Origin: Cladosporium halotolerans
Taxonomy: Eukaryota
Assembly: GCF_011745625.1 (NCBI RefSeq)
Contig: NW_027191467.1
Span: 1 to 64,000 of the forward strand
Reading direction: 5' to 3'
DNA length: 64,000 bases
In this document: piece by piece, positions 35,477 to 46,937 of the stretch
Position numbering within the stretch: position 1 is the stretch's first letter
Layout of the letters: the number at the start of each line of letters is the position of its first letter
The notes under the pieces: model-generated
The model's input: only the letters and a program-made list of their open reading frames with translations
Database searches by the model: none
Told to the model about the DNA's origin: nothing
Position numbers and translations under genes: made by a program

Positions 35477-37465
35477 ATGCTGTCTAACAACCACTCCTCG
35501 AGCATCGCCCAACGGCGACAACACCACCGACGCCAACAATCACTCGAGGTCCCCATACTTGCCCAACCTCTTCCTGTGAACCCGCGACGTAATCCCGCAC
35601 ATCCCGCCCACCGCCGCGGGATGAGCCTGGACCACCAGCCGATTAATGTCACCTCACCGACCGGATTCAGGCCCATTCACAACCAGGAACAACCGCCTAC
35701 ACGACTGGCAGGTACGGCACCCAATACTAACCTAGGACAACAATATCCCATTCCGGATACACAGCATTACGTGCAAGATACGCAGCAGCACATGTCTAGC
35801 CAGCCGGGCTTCCCAGCGCAAGACTTCCAGACCCACCTTCAGCAACAACTACAAGGTCTTGTCGCCGGGAACCCTCAGCACCAACAACCTCCGCCCTCCG
35901 CCGCCGAAGACGCCAAGATGCAGCTCCAGGAGCACATCGAATGGTTTCAGACAACCTACGGCGAGTCGGCGCCCAACATCACCATCTCCACCTCACCAAA
36001 CATCGTTCAACCGAACAACATGGCAGGCATGCCAATGTCCTCGCCACTTCAACAGACCATCGGTCTTCCCATGCAGGGTCAATTCGTCAACGGTGTTCCG
36101 CAAATGGCTCACGGCCACCCGCACACCGTTCCCAACACCCCTCAGAACCACCCGCAGCCATGGTCGAGTCCATCGCAACCCCAGGCGAAGCACATTCGCT
36201 CTCAAAGCTTCCAGCTCGACACTGCTCCGATGCCCGCGAACTTCGACGCCGCTGGCGGCGACTTCGTCCTCATGAGCCAGCCTTCCTTCCACACCCAAGG
36301 CGGCTTCCCTCAGGACTTCGCTGGCTTCGGCAGTGATCAGAGCTACCCTTCCTCCGTCTACTCTTCGTCTATCGCCGACCCGGCTTCCCCTCATGCGTTC
36401 AACACGCCGCACATGCCGACGGTACCCGAGGAGCCTGACCTCCCTGGTGCCGAAGGTATTCACTTCCACCAACCCTTCATTGGCAACCCCAATGCCCTCC
36501 TCGACGTTACTGCCGGCGCTCACGGTTCGGATGATGACTACCTCTACCACCCGCACTCCATGTCTCCCCGCTCTGCAGCCATGGCCACTCTTGGTGGTAT
36601 CAACGCTAGCATCGAGGAGACTGGTATCAGCCCCGAGGAGGTCAACCAGTATATGTCCGAGCAAGATCCCAAGGACAACAAGTGGACCTGCATGTACCCC
36701 GACTGCGACAAGCGCTTCGGCCGCAAGGAGAACATCCGCGCTCACGTTCAGACCCACTTGGGCGATCGCCAATTCAAGTGCAACGACTGCGGCAAGTGCT
36801 TCGTCCGCCAGCACGATCTCAAGCGTCACGCTAAGATCCACTCTGGCGTCAAGAACCACGTCTGCCCCTGCGGCATGAGCTTTGCCCGCCAGGACGCCCT
36901 CACTCGTCATCGCCAGCGTGGAATGTGCTTCGGCGTGCTTCCTGGTTTCGAGAAGCACGAGGAGGACAAGAAGAAGCGCGGCCGTCCGCGCAAAGAGCGC
37001 CCCGACGTCGAGGCTCGCGTCGAGAAGGCCTCAAGGGCCAGGCGCATGGACGCCGAGAACGCCGCCAGCGCGAACAATGCCAAGTTCAACTCCAGGCTCG
37101 ACATCGAAAACGCCGCAAACGACATTCTCTCCGCTGCCGACGATCACTATGCTAGCGCTAGCTCTGATTCCGGCGCGAGTGAGTGCAGCTTTCCCGTCAC
37201 GCCGCCTGACACGCAGTCTGACATGTTTGAGGACCTGAACTTCGCCGACTACGTCGATCCGAACGCCGTCTCCGTCGGCGCTGATGTCTTCGACTTCTCC
37301 TCCGGCTCCGCAGCGTCCTCGTGGCGCGCCGACACCCCGCCGACTTCCCCGCCGGTCGACTACAGTTCTCCGCTCGACTCCTTCGCCCTCCCCAGCAACC
37401 CCTACAACCCGTCCGAGGGCGACCTTCGTAGCGACCTGATGAACTACCTGCAGGTGTCTAGCTAG
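35477..37465 (+). CDS. C2H2 zinc-finger transcription factor, Ace2/Swi5 family
   Basis: WTCMYPDCDKRFGRKENIRAHVQTHLGDRQFKCNDCGKCFVRQHDLKRHAKIHSGVKNHVCPCGMSFARQDALTRHRQRGMC, then KKRGRPRK. Confidence 0.9.
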   Translation: MLSNNHSSSIAQRRQHHRRQQSLEVPILAQPLPVNPRRNPAHPAHRRGMSLDHQPINVTSPTGFRPIHNQEQPPTRLAGTAPNTNLGQQYPIPDTQHYVQDTQQHMSSQPGFPAQDFQTHLQQQLQGLVAGNPQHQQPPPSAAEDAKMQLQEHIEWFQTTYGESAPNITISTSPNIVQPNNMAGMPMSSPLQQTIGLPMQGQFVNGVPQMAHGHPHTVPNTPQNHPQPWSSPSQPQAKHIRSQSFQLDTAPMPANFDAAGGDFVLMSQPSFHTQGGFPQDFAGFGSDQSYPSSVYSSSIADPASPHAFNTPHMPTVPEEPDLPGAEGIHFHQPFIGNPNALLDVTAGAHGSDDDYLYHPHSMSPRSAAMATLGGINASIEETGISPEEVNQYMSEQDPKDNKWTCMYPDCDKRFGRKENIRAHVQTHLGDRQFKCNDCGKCFVRQHDLKRHAKIHSGVKNHVCPCGMSFARQDALTRHRQRGMCFGVLPGFEKHEEDKKKRGRPRKERPDVEARVEKASRARRMDAENAASANNAKFNSRLDIENAANDILSAADDHYASASSDSGASECSFPVTPPDTQSDMFEDLNFADYVDPNAVSVGADVFDFSSGSAASSWRADTPPTSPPVDYSSPLDSFALPSNPYNPSEGDLRSDLMNYLQVSS

Positions 37466-38606
37466 ACGCCTCGCAGACACAGTCCGACAAGGCGAGAAGT
37501 ACAGCGAATGTATGGCGCACGATAGACGGCGGTCTCTTTCCCTCTGCAGACCGGCCAGCACACGACTTCACGACGGCTACGCTTGCTTTGTTTTTTTCGG
37601 CGCTTGATTTCATGCTGCGACGAAAAAAAGGAACCGGTATACCCACTTGGAGATTTTTTGACGAGCACGGTCACGGCGTTTTCTTGGAGGAACCTTTTTT
37701 GCTTGCTTTTTACCTTTTTTTCATTTTCGCATCAAGACTGACTGCTGATCTCGCTTGTGGCTCGAGAAAGAAACACCGTCTCTGTCTCTACAGGACTGTT
37801 GAACTTGCGATCCGCTTTGTCTTTTTGCACTCGCGAAACAAACACGATCATCACCAGGCTCGCGGACTCGTCTTCTGCTTGCCAGGTGGTTGGTTACTTT
37901 CTCCACCACCACAGATAGGGTTGTAATATAGATTGCTGGATCAATACAAAACCACCCGCATCCTTCCATTTTCGCGTCTCCTCTTCCAACGACATGTCAT
38001 CTCTCACGTGCGCTCCCATTGACCTCGCAACGTCAGCTTCGCTGTCTCACAAGTTGCCCTTTCAACCGTTGTTAACAAGGAACCCCAGACTCGAGACATG
38101 GTCTCAGCGCGCTTGTCAAAAACGTCGTCGCACCCTGTTGCTGAAGAGACGGCCAACGGCTCTGACTCACTGCCCGGGCCCGACGTTGCAATGGACAGCT
38201 CAGGTCATCCGGGCCCTGGTCGATAGATGGTTTCGGAGCGGAGCGGAAGGATCCTAGGGCTCGAGACGAGCTTGGGAGGATGGGCGATTTCAGCCGCACG
38301 GGGTTTGCGAGATTTCGCTTTTGAACTCTGATGTTGCGGTGACCGAATACGAAGGTTGTTATCGAAGTTGGGTGCTTGAGTTTGCTGCTTTGGGCGACGG
38401 GTGAGGGTCGAGCCCTGCAATATGTCTCCGAGATGACTGGGGGTTGCGTGCGTAAGAACGAGGGCAGCATAAGCTGCTGACGTGATGAGTTGCTCTATGT
38501 CCGGCGTCGTGAGCAGAAGATGCATATAAATGTAGGTGGTACGCTGGCGATCATGACGATACGATTGTACGAAGGTATCTGGAGAAAGTCATTCTGCTCT
38601 CGCGAG

Positions 38607-39842
38607 ATGGCTCAAGACGCTCGAGTCCACGCCGTCAACAAAGACGATCGCGATGAGCATGCAACGATATCGACTAGCTCATCAAACCTGCCTCCTTTGG
38701 CTCCCAACAATGTCCGTCTAAAAACACGCCTTGTTAGCATGACAGCTAACAATATTTCCTACGCTCGCATGGGCTCCTTCGCTCATTGGTGGGATGCGTT
38801 CCCTGTCCCTTCTTTTCTACCAACACCGTACAATGATTCTACCAAGTACGGCATCGTTCCAGTCTGGGGGTACGCCGAGGTGATCTCGAGTCACATCGAG
38901 GGTCTGAAGAAAGGAGACATATTCTACGGCTTCTGGCCGTCGTCAAACCTCCCCATCGATCTTCAACTCGAGCCTACAAAGCCAGCCGGCCATTTCATCG
39001 ACATCACTCCATCTCGCCAGAGCATGTGGTCTTACTATCACCGCTACGTTCTCGCACCCGAAACCATCGATCTCACATCACCAGAGCTCGCAGCCCAGAC
39101 CGTCTTCAAACCTCTCTTCGAATGCGCCCACGCCTTGAACACCTACGTCCTTGGCCCGCATGCCATCCACCCCAGCCCACGCACCGCCAACTCACCCTGG
39201 CCGCACGCTGACCTCAGTTCCACCGCCATAATTTCCCTCTCTGCCTCTGGCAAGACCGCCCTCGCATTCGCTGACGCTGTCCTCAACTCCCGCAAGCCCG
39301 GCTCCGAACCCCCCGGCTTCCTCGCAATAACCAGTACCCCAACCCTAACCCTACCAACCCCAAGCGCCTCCCCGATCAAAACCAAAACCCTCTCCTACGC
39401 CTCCGCCCTGTCACCCGAATCAATATCCTTCCTCAATTCCATCCCCTCAACCCTGACTAAAATCCTAATTGTCGACTTCGGCGGCCGCGCCTCCTCCCTC
39501 CCCTCCCTCATCTCGCACTTCCGCTCTCACGCGCCCCATCTCGAACTCGGCGTCATAGGCGTGGGCTCCTCGCCAGATACGCAAGACATTCTGGCGGCGC
39601 TCGCGAGCGTGCCGGAGCGCGTGCAGATGAACACGAGCGAGGTGAGGGAGGTTGCTGTGGAGGCGATCGGGGCGTAATCGTATTTTGATGGCGTGAGGGA
39701 AGCGTGGGAGGGGTTTTGTGAGAGAGGGGGGTGTGAGGGGGTTGAGGTTGGGGTTGGGCAGGGCGTGGACGAGTTGGGGAGGGGATGGGAGAGGTTGTGT
39801 GGTGGAGAGGTGGGGAGTGGGGGATTGGTTTATGTTTTGTAG
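38607..39842 (+). pseudogene. DUF2855-like protein with an in-frame premature TAA at 39675-39677 (nonsense allele, recoding site or sequence error)
   Basis: SMTANNISYARMG...WWDAFP...YGIVPVWGYAEVI...YGFWP...SLSASGKTALAF; frame stays open 54 codons past the TAA (SYFDGVREAWEGF...GWERLCGGEVGSGGLVYVL) to TAG 39840-39842. Confidence 0.7.
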
Positions 39843-40107
39843 GGGTTGGCGGGTTTGGCGGGATGGGATTGGTTGATTGGTTGGGAAAAGGATGTGTTGA
39901 TTCAATGCGTGAAAGGGCTTGAATAGCCACGTCCAGTTCTTTATTTGATTTCATCGTCTAGAGGACGCTGTATGTGCACAAATCCCACTGATGACCCGAA
40001 CGCCTCGCTCGCTCAAACGCTTGCAGCAAACCATCATGAAACACATCTCGAAGACAGGAACCCTTTCAAGAGCACGAAAAGTACAAAACATCTAGACCCA
40101 GCTTTGA

Positions 40108-42374
40108 TCAGACCAAGAGTCCCAGACGCATGTTCTCAACCATGCGTCCACCGACACCCTTGATGCGACCCAGCTGACCCAGACTCGCTACACGCCCACC
40201 TTCAGCCTCCTCGCCGAGCTCGAGCTCGCACAAGCAGTTCGCGATTGCCTCTGCTCGCTTCGCGCCAACGCCCTTCAGCAGCTTGATCTGACTGACGTCG
40301 CGGCTGTTGATCACAGCGAGGAGGTGCTTTGTCCGGGGCGTCTGTTCGACGGACGGCAAGGATGCTGAGACGGCGATGTCGGCGAGCTCGTCTTCGGAGT
40401 CAGCTGAGGGCTTGACGGCAGCGTTACGAGGACGGCGGATCTTAGTGCGTGGGCGGTAGACGAAGTCGTCCTCGTCGTCTTCGGAGTGGGCGTGCTCTTG
40501 AATGTCGTGGTAGCTTTCATCTTCGTCGTCTGCTGGGACGAACTTGCGAATGGGTCTTGTTGCAGGCCGGGACAGGGCTCGGGATGCTTCGACAACGGGC
40601 ACTACGTGCGCCGCTCGAGGGGAGACGTGTGGCGCTTCCTTCTCGCGGATCTTGTCTTGCAGAGCGGAGACCTTGCGCGCCAGCTTCTCGTTGCCTGGGA
40701 AATGCGGTTGCGCGAGCTGGTACATTCTCAACGCGCTCGCGTCTTCGCCACGAACTTGGTGCTGCTTCGCCATGAGAAGGTACTGCAGGCCTTCCGCGCG
40801 CTCCGACTCCTGCCCCCCAACGCGCTTCTCCAAAGCGTCAAGGCGTTTCTGCACTTCGTCGGATATGGGGTCGGGGTTGGAGATTGCGGTGGCGTCTACG
40901 CGTTCGGCGAGGGCCTCGGTCACTTTGCGCTCGATCAAGGCTTCGATTGCCGATTGCGACATGCCTGCCTCGGCTTTCGTTGGGTTGGGCCTGGCGACCT
41001 TGGTGGGACGAGCGAGCGATGAGATTTCCGATATGGGCCGCTTAGGTGATTTGAGGCCTGGCTTTACCGTCCTTGCCAGGCTGGTGTTTGCCAGTGTCGC
41101 AGACTTTGAAGGCTTGTCTGAATACACCGCAAAAGCTTTCGCCGGTTTGGGTGCACCCGTTCCAACGTCCTTCAAGTGACTGTTGTGGGACAGAATCTTT
41201 GGTCGAAGCGGTTGCCTGTTCGCCGCCGGCGCCCGAGTGGGCGCAGCATCGAGCTTGCCTTTGCCGGGCATGTCGCGGAAGAACGGCTGGTTCTCGATCT
41301 CGTTGGTCTCGATCTTCTTCGTTCGGTTTGCGAAGTTCAATGAGCTCATGGTGTCCAAGTGGTAGCTTTTCACAGGTGCCAGATTCAGGACCATGACAGT
41401 GTGCGATTTGTTCTGGCCAAGCGCGAGGATGCGCGTCATCTTGCTCTCGCGGTATGGGATGCGTGATTGAGACTTGCTGATGGCTTCCACGCACTGCGCA
41501 AGGACGAAGAGAGACTTGTTAATCGCTGCCGACTCGACCAATCTCTCTTTGTTGTTGTCCGTTCTCCTGTTGTCCTCGGATCCTGCCAAGTCAATCGCGC
41601 TGACGGTGCTGACGCGAGTCTGGTCACCGGTGGTTTGACTGACTTTGACGCATAGGATCGCGTGTGATCTTGAGGAGTGTGCGTTCAGCTTCGTGGCAGA
41701 CGTTGAGCGGTTCACGTTCGCTTGGTCGTATAGCTGCTCAAACTCTTTCAAAGACGTGCAAGGCCTTTCCGTCAAGCCAACCACAACCGCCTTTCCCTTC
41801 TCGTTATCTCGTATAGGCAGACCAGCCGGTGTGCGCTTTTCTGGGGCCTCGAAGAGATCGAAGACCTTGTCATTATAAATTTCGTAATAGCTCATGGACA
41901 CGTGAACGGTGGATTCGCCGGTGCTGTCCTTCTCGACTTTTCGCGCGCGTCGGTAAATGCTGGAAAGCAGACGGGGAATGACGCCTCGGTCTGCTAATGA
42001 TTTGCCACCGCGCATGGTATGGGTCTTGCCGGTTCCGGTCACACCGTAGGCAAATATGGTAACATCGAAGCCCTTGAACAGGTGCTTCACAGTCGGGGAG
42101 ACTGCTCTGGCAGTCAGCACCAGGATTGAGGCAACAAAGAGGCGTGACACATACCCTCATTGTCAAAGACCTGCGCCTGCGTGGCCTCTGAAGGATACAC
42201 GCTGTTGAACTGGAAAGAGAAGTTCTCTCCAAAATTCTTGGGATTGGGAATCTTCACCACCGTCTTTGTATCTGCAGATTCTGCGCCGGTGCCATGCGCG
42301 GCATGGACAATGATATCTTTCTCGATTTCGGCCTTGAGAAGAGGGCGGATACGAGCGACCACGCGGACACTCAT
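40108..42374 (-). CDS. Kinesin motor with C-terminal helix-hairpin-helix DNA-binding motifs (kinesin-10/Kid/KIF22-like); intron 42102-42154
   Basis: VRVVARIRP, P-loop YGVTGTGKT, NAHSSRSH, IDLAGSED, RIPYRESKMTRIL; HhH motifs LLKGVGAKRA and IKGVGGRMV. Confidence 0.92.
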
Positions 42375-43233
42375 CGTGGATGGCAGTCGTCTCTCCGGCG
42401 CTTAGGGGTACAATATTCGTAAGAGCTGTCGGAATGTAGCTGCGAGAAGGATGGCGGTGGTGTATTTCCCTGTAGGTTAGTACATGCTCCGGACGGCAGG
42501 TCTTGAGATGTTGCTGCGCGCGTGCAGTTGCGGTGTAGTCGTGTGAGAATCAGTCCCTGGTCTCTTGCATGTGCGATGCACCTCTCGTCTGTGCTCTGAG
42601 ACGCCAGCCGCGATCTTCAATATTGATCCCCCCGAGTCGGCCTGGCAACAGCCGCAGTGAGAATCTCCAGACCCACCATATTCTCGGTAGCAGAGAGACC
42701 CTCAACTCTTCTGTCATCACGAGGATACGGAGATACTGTTTCTCATATCCATAATAAGAGCATCAGGACATGGCAAGGCTGGAACCCGAACGTATCCTCG
42801 AATCGCACGTTCAGCCAAACTGTCGCGGCGGCGTTTCAGCCTTCCAACCAATCAGGATTCGCGCTGGCTGACCTCGAGTCGATTCTGAGGCACAACCGCC
42901 AAAATGTAGCAGATAGGGCACGTCGAGATGCGTTGAGCGCGGCTCTCTCGCAGTACAGCCGCGCGACTTCATACAATGACCTTGAAGGTGAGGAAAGACC
43001 TTAGCGAAACGACCGTTCACCACCGAGTCTGGTGCCTAGGTTTTGGTCACGGTAAACGCTGCTATTGTCTGCCTTTTCTGCCTCCTACCTTCCAGGTCGC
43101 CTGACACTTTCATCGATCACTGGAACTTTTTTCAAGCATATTTGAGCGTTCGCTATTGTCGCCAGAGCTGGTCTCTCATCTTTGTTCATTAATTACTCGA
43201 TCCATCACCCTGGTCGCCAGCATCAACAGCGCA

Positions 43234-44100
43234 ATGCTACCTCTCGTCAATACCCTGATTATCCTTTCTGGCATCTCTGCAGCTTGGGCGGGCCCACTGC
43301 GTAGATATAGCAACACGACGTTGCAAGGCACAAATCGCTTCTCTCCGGCCCATACGCGTGATCCTGCGTCGAATGACAATTCTCCCTCATCGCTACCGCA
43401 GGTCGATGGCATCACGGTACTGCCCTCTTCGTTGCTGGCAGGGTCGCAGACAGAACTGATCCCTACATCATCCGCACACGACGAATCCTTTGAGAACAGT
43501 GGTGCCCTCTCATCTACCGCCACAAGATCGCCATCCTTCCGATACGAGCCCTTGACCTCCGATGTGTCAACAGCTTCGAATCAGCGCGGCGAGAACAGCA
43601 GCCCGACGACCTTCAAAACCTTTGATGCGGAGCCGCAAGCTACAACCGTGACTATCTGGTCGACGACTTGGACCACAGTGCCACCGAAAGATACGAGCTC
43701 TCCCTCTGTGCGTCATCCCCAGCAGGGAACAGATGCTGGCAAGAATACAATTGCAACGTCCACATTGTCAAAGAATAGCACTTGGTCTTCCGCCTTCATC
43801 TACAGTCCGATACCTACGAAGTCGTCACCAAGCGGTGGAAGCGAAAATACAATCGCTACCACCCTAAATGAGGAACACAGCAGCGAAACCACATCGCTGC
43901 CAAGGTTCTCACCTGACAGCGGTTCCGATCTGCCCGATGTAGTCACTGAGCGTCTTTCTGCGAAAAAGACCTCCAAGCACACATTCGTTGACGACACGAC
44001 GAGCGTGCCTGGCATTACGATTATACCACAGAACCCCAGTGTGATCTACATCACCACCACAGTGACTGATCCAGGAGTATCAACGACGGTGACGGCTTGA
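43234..44100 (+). CDS. Secreted Ser/Thr-rich (mucin-like) hypothetical protein
   Basis: Signal-peptide-like MLPVNTLIILSGISAAWA-type N-terminus (MLPLVNTLIILSGISAAWA|GP), followed by LRR and an N-glycosylation sequon NTT; very S/T-rich. Confidence 0.7.
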   Translation: MLPLVNTLIILSGISAAWAGPLRRYSNTTLQGTNRFSPAHTRDPASNDNSPSSLPQVDGITVLPSSLLAGSQTELIPTSSAHDESFENSGALSSTATRSPSFRYEPLTSDVSTASNQRGENSSPTTFKTFDAEPQATTVTIWSTTWTTVPPKDTSSPSVRHPQQGTDAGKNTIATSTLSKNSTWSSAFIYSPIPTKSSPSGGSENTIATTLNEEHSSETTSLPRFSPDSGSDLPDVVTERLSAKKTSKHTFVDDTTSVPGITIIPQNPSVIYITTTVTDPGVSTTVTA

Positions 44101-44392
44101 AATGGCACGGACAGTGGAACATGGGTCTTGAAAACGCCTGAACAGAATCGGCGTCAGGTTTTGGTGCAAATTGAGATTCCCGTGAAAACTTAGCATTGAA
44201 TGCATACTGTCATGCTTTCCTATCATTGAACAAAAAAACCTGTTTCAACCATCCTCCACCGCCCAAACAAAGTGTTGCCTCAATCGCCTTACCTTTGTCA
44301 TTGTCCATTCCGTAGACCTTGGGTCATCGCGTCAGCATCGGAGCCAATCTGGCAAGTGAACAAATTGACACATTTCGGCCTCCTTCCTCCAT

Positions 44393-45253
44393 TCATCTGC
44401 CTAATTGCGCTTGACCCGAGAGCGTCCATTGCCCTTGCGCGCCTGTACGCGCCTGTACCTTGCGCTTCTTCTTCGGTGGCTCAACGACTTGCACACGATC
44501 TTCTTCATCAAAGCTCTCATCGTCGTCGTCGCTACTGCTTGGGTCCAGCTCCTTGTAGTCAACGACCTGCCTGGTTCGCTTACTGCCAGCGCGCAGCGGG
44601 GTTCTGCCGCTGCTTCTCTGAGGCCTCGGGCTGGCTGGAGGAGAAGATTCGTCGGCTTCCGAGTCGGAACTGCGTTCTTCGGTCGTAGCAGATGGACTCG
44701 GCAACTTGTAGCCTGGCGGGCCGAAGGCGAGGGCGAAAGCGGACATTGCTTCCTTGCTGATGACCGCAGTCGCGAGGTCTTCCTCTTCGACGCCTGGCGG
44801 TAGAGGTAGAGGGGTTTCGGTGGTCTTGGGCACACCGTCGTCATGATCTTTCCCGAGGAATCCGGTAGGCACAGTATCGCTGGCATCGTCGGCAGACTCA
44901 TCCTCGTAGTCTTCATCTGCTTCCTCCTGTTTCAGACGATCATGCTCTTTCCAAAGCTGCTCAGACGTGAAGGTCACATTGCTGTCCTGTGGAAGCCCCA
45001 GCCTCTCTTTGAGGTGCTTGGTTAGTGACTGGCGATGAAATTCGTTCTCTTCGAACGCAGGATAGCGACGGATTAGCTCCTTACCGTACGTGTTGACCTC
45101 GAATCCGCGATGAACAGCGAACGGATACAGCTGTTCCGTCGTAGCGACGGGGCCGAACTTCGCAACAGCTGCTTCGTGCTCGATGTCCCACGGGTCTTTC
45201 TTGTTCTGAATGAGATCGTTTGCGCGGGTTTGGCGGGCTTTGGTACGTGCCAT
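44393..45253 (-). CDS. Hypothetical nuclear protein (H3-like N-terminus MARTK, acidic tracts, PKKKRKV NLS)
   Basis: 286-aa single-exon ORF with coding-like composition; no recognised domain. Confidence 0.65.
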   Translation of the reverse strand: MARTKARQTRANDLIQNKKDPWDIEHEAAVAKFGPVATTEQLYPFAVHRGFEVNTYGKELIRRYPAFEENEFHRQSLTKHLKERLGLPQDSNVTFTSEQLWKEHDRLKQEEADEDYEDESADDASDTVPTGFLGKDHDDGVPKTTETPLPLPPGVEEEDLATAVISKEAMSAFALAFGPPGYKLPSPSATTEERSSDSEADESSPPASPRPQRSSGRTPLRAGSKRTRQVVDYKELDPSSSDDDDESFDEEDRVQVVEPPKKKRKVQARTGAQGQWTLSGQAQLGR

Positions 45254-46204
45254 GACTGCTGCAGTGCTCGTTTGACGTATTTTTGGTGCTGCCGACCTGC
45301 GAAAGGAAAAGGAATGGATGTGCCTAGCGCTTTTACTCTCTTCGGTATCGGTGAAGTGTGAAATGAATGCCTTTGTGTTTGCGTGTATTGGTTTCGCGGT
45401 ACAATTCTTTGTACCGGCTCACGGTCTTCAGGAGTAGTGCTACAGCAGCAGTGAGCGTAAAGACAAAGTCATTTATGCGCGATATCGTGCGCAGTGACAG
45501 TAAGGAGGTAGGGTGATTCGCTTGTTTGTTCACTTATTCAAGTATTATTCAAGTGGCGGTGTCGAAGGGTGTTGCGTCGGATGGCGTTGTGGAATGTCTT
45601 TGTTCAGTGAAGTTGGCAAAACAACAGAGGGGATGTGAGAAGACAGCAAGCTGGCTTGACAGAACAGTGACTCCGCCTATGAACTCCATAGTTCGCCATC
45701 GTGCTGTGCTATTTGCGCCAATCGTGATATCTTAGCATGTTCGCTTGTCACCCGATCCTCAAACCTGGAATTAGACTTGATTCAGCATTGTCAATAAATT
45801 GCTACATGCCCACGTTTGTCTTCAGCAACGCCGGCAACGAAAGGGCATACGTCTCAGTTTCGTGCCAACGGTATTTATCAACTTTCGACCTCATGGTCCA
45901 CGGCGCTATTTCGAAAGCGTTGCCGTCCTTAGGCTCAAGGGTGAGAAATGTGAGTTGTGATATTCATGCTTCATTAGATGCTCCAAGTACGGCCGCCGAC
46001 TCGTACTTCCGTCGCCTCGCACGCAGTGGTAGTATTAGGACCTATGCGACGCTTCAAGTGCCTCATAGCTGAGCGCGGACTGCCGCCAGATTCGAGTGAG
46101 CTTAGAATGCATGGCATTCTGCTACTGGCGCATTCGGGATTGGTTTGCCGTGCCTAGTGGGACACAGCCCCGGTTTCAAGTCTTCAAAGTGACTTCCATC
46201 TCGC

Positions 46205-46733
46205 TCAGCCCTTCTTCTCGCCCGTCTCAGCGCCCTTCTTCTTCTTGCCCTTGTCCGCCTTTCTCTTCTTGCGATCTCTCTTCCTCAAGCTCAGCATGGA
46301 AGCCTTGCACACCTCCGCATATCTTGTGAAGAATGCCTCTAGGTCGTCGGGCTGGACAATCGTGCTGACCTTGACGTGGTCCTTGTTTTTCACCCGGTCT
46401 TTCGATTGCGTCTCGCCATCGGATGCGCGAACAATCACGGGAAGCGGGAGCGTGGGATGGAGGTCTGATTGAGGGTCCCCGGGCACCGCTTCTGATGTCG
46501 TGGTGGGTTTCGCGGGGTCGTATGTGACTGCTGGAGTCAGTATTCGGCTTGGAAGTGCAAATACTGGTCTACGTACGGCGCTTTTGTGTGAGGAAGACGG
46601 AGCCGTGGCCTTTCTGCTGCTTCTTTTCGATAATGCTCGTTAATTGAGTGAAGAACTAGGCGATGTTAGTAGCGCTTTCAACTGAATTAGGAGGATCACA
46701 TACCTCATCCTGACTCACGTGTCCCTGCGCCAT
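46205..46733 (-). CDS. SRP14: Signal recognition particle 14-kDa subunit; introns 46656-46703 and 46528-46576
   Basis: Manual splicing: MAQGHVSQDE|FFTQLTSIIEKKQQKGHGSVFLTQKR|LTYD...VIVRASDG...KVSTIVQPDDLEAFFTRYAEVCKASMLSLRKRDRKKRK. Confidence 0.93.
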
Positions 46734-46937
46734 GGCCAAGATGATTCAAGGTGGTAATTGTCGTGCGATATTTATCTTATTAGCGACAAAGACACAGATG
46801 AGGTCCAGTTTGTGTGGGGTCAAGGGTCGGCCACGGCGGGCGCGATCATCACCGACCGCTCGGCTTCTCCAGACTTTCAGGTGAAAGTCGGCCAAATTTT
46901 GGAGAGCGGCTTTCTGCACCAACATCAATCTGTCGCA

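Noticed and set aside
42569..43023. Small ORFs between the kinesin and the secreted S/T-rich gene
   Set aside because: No good ATG-started frame or recognisable motif.
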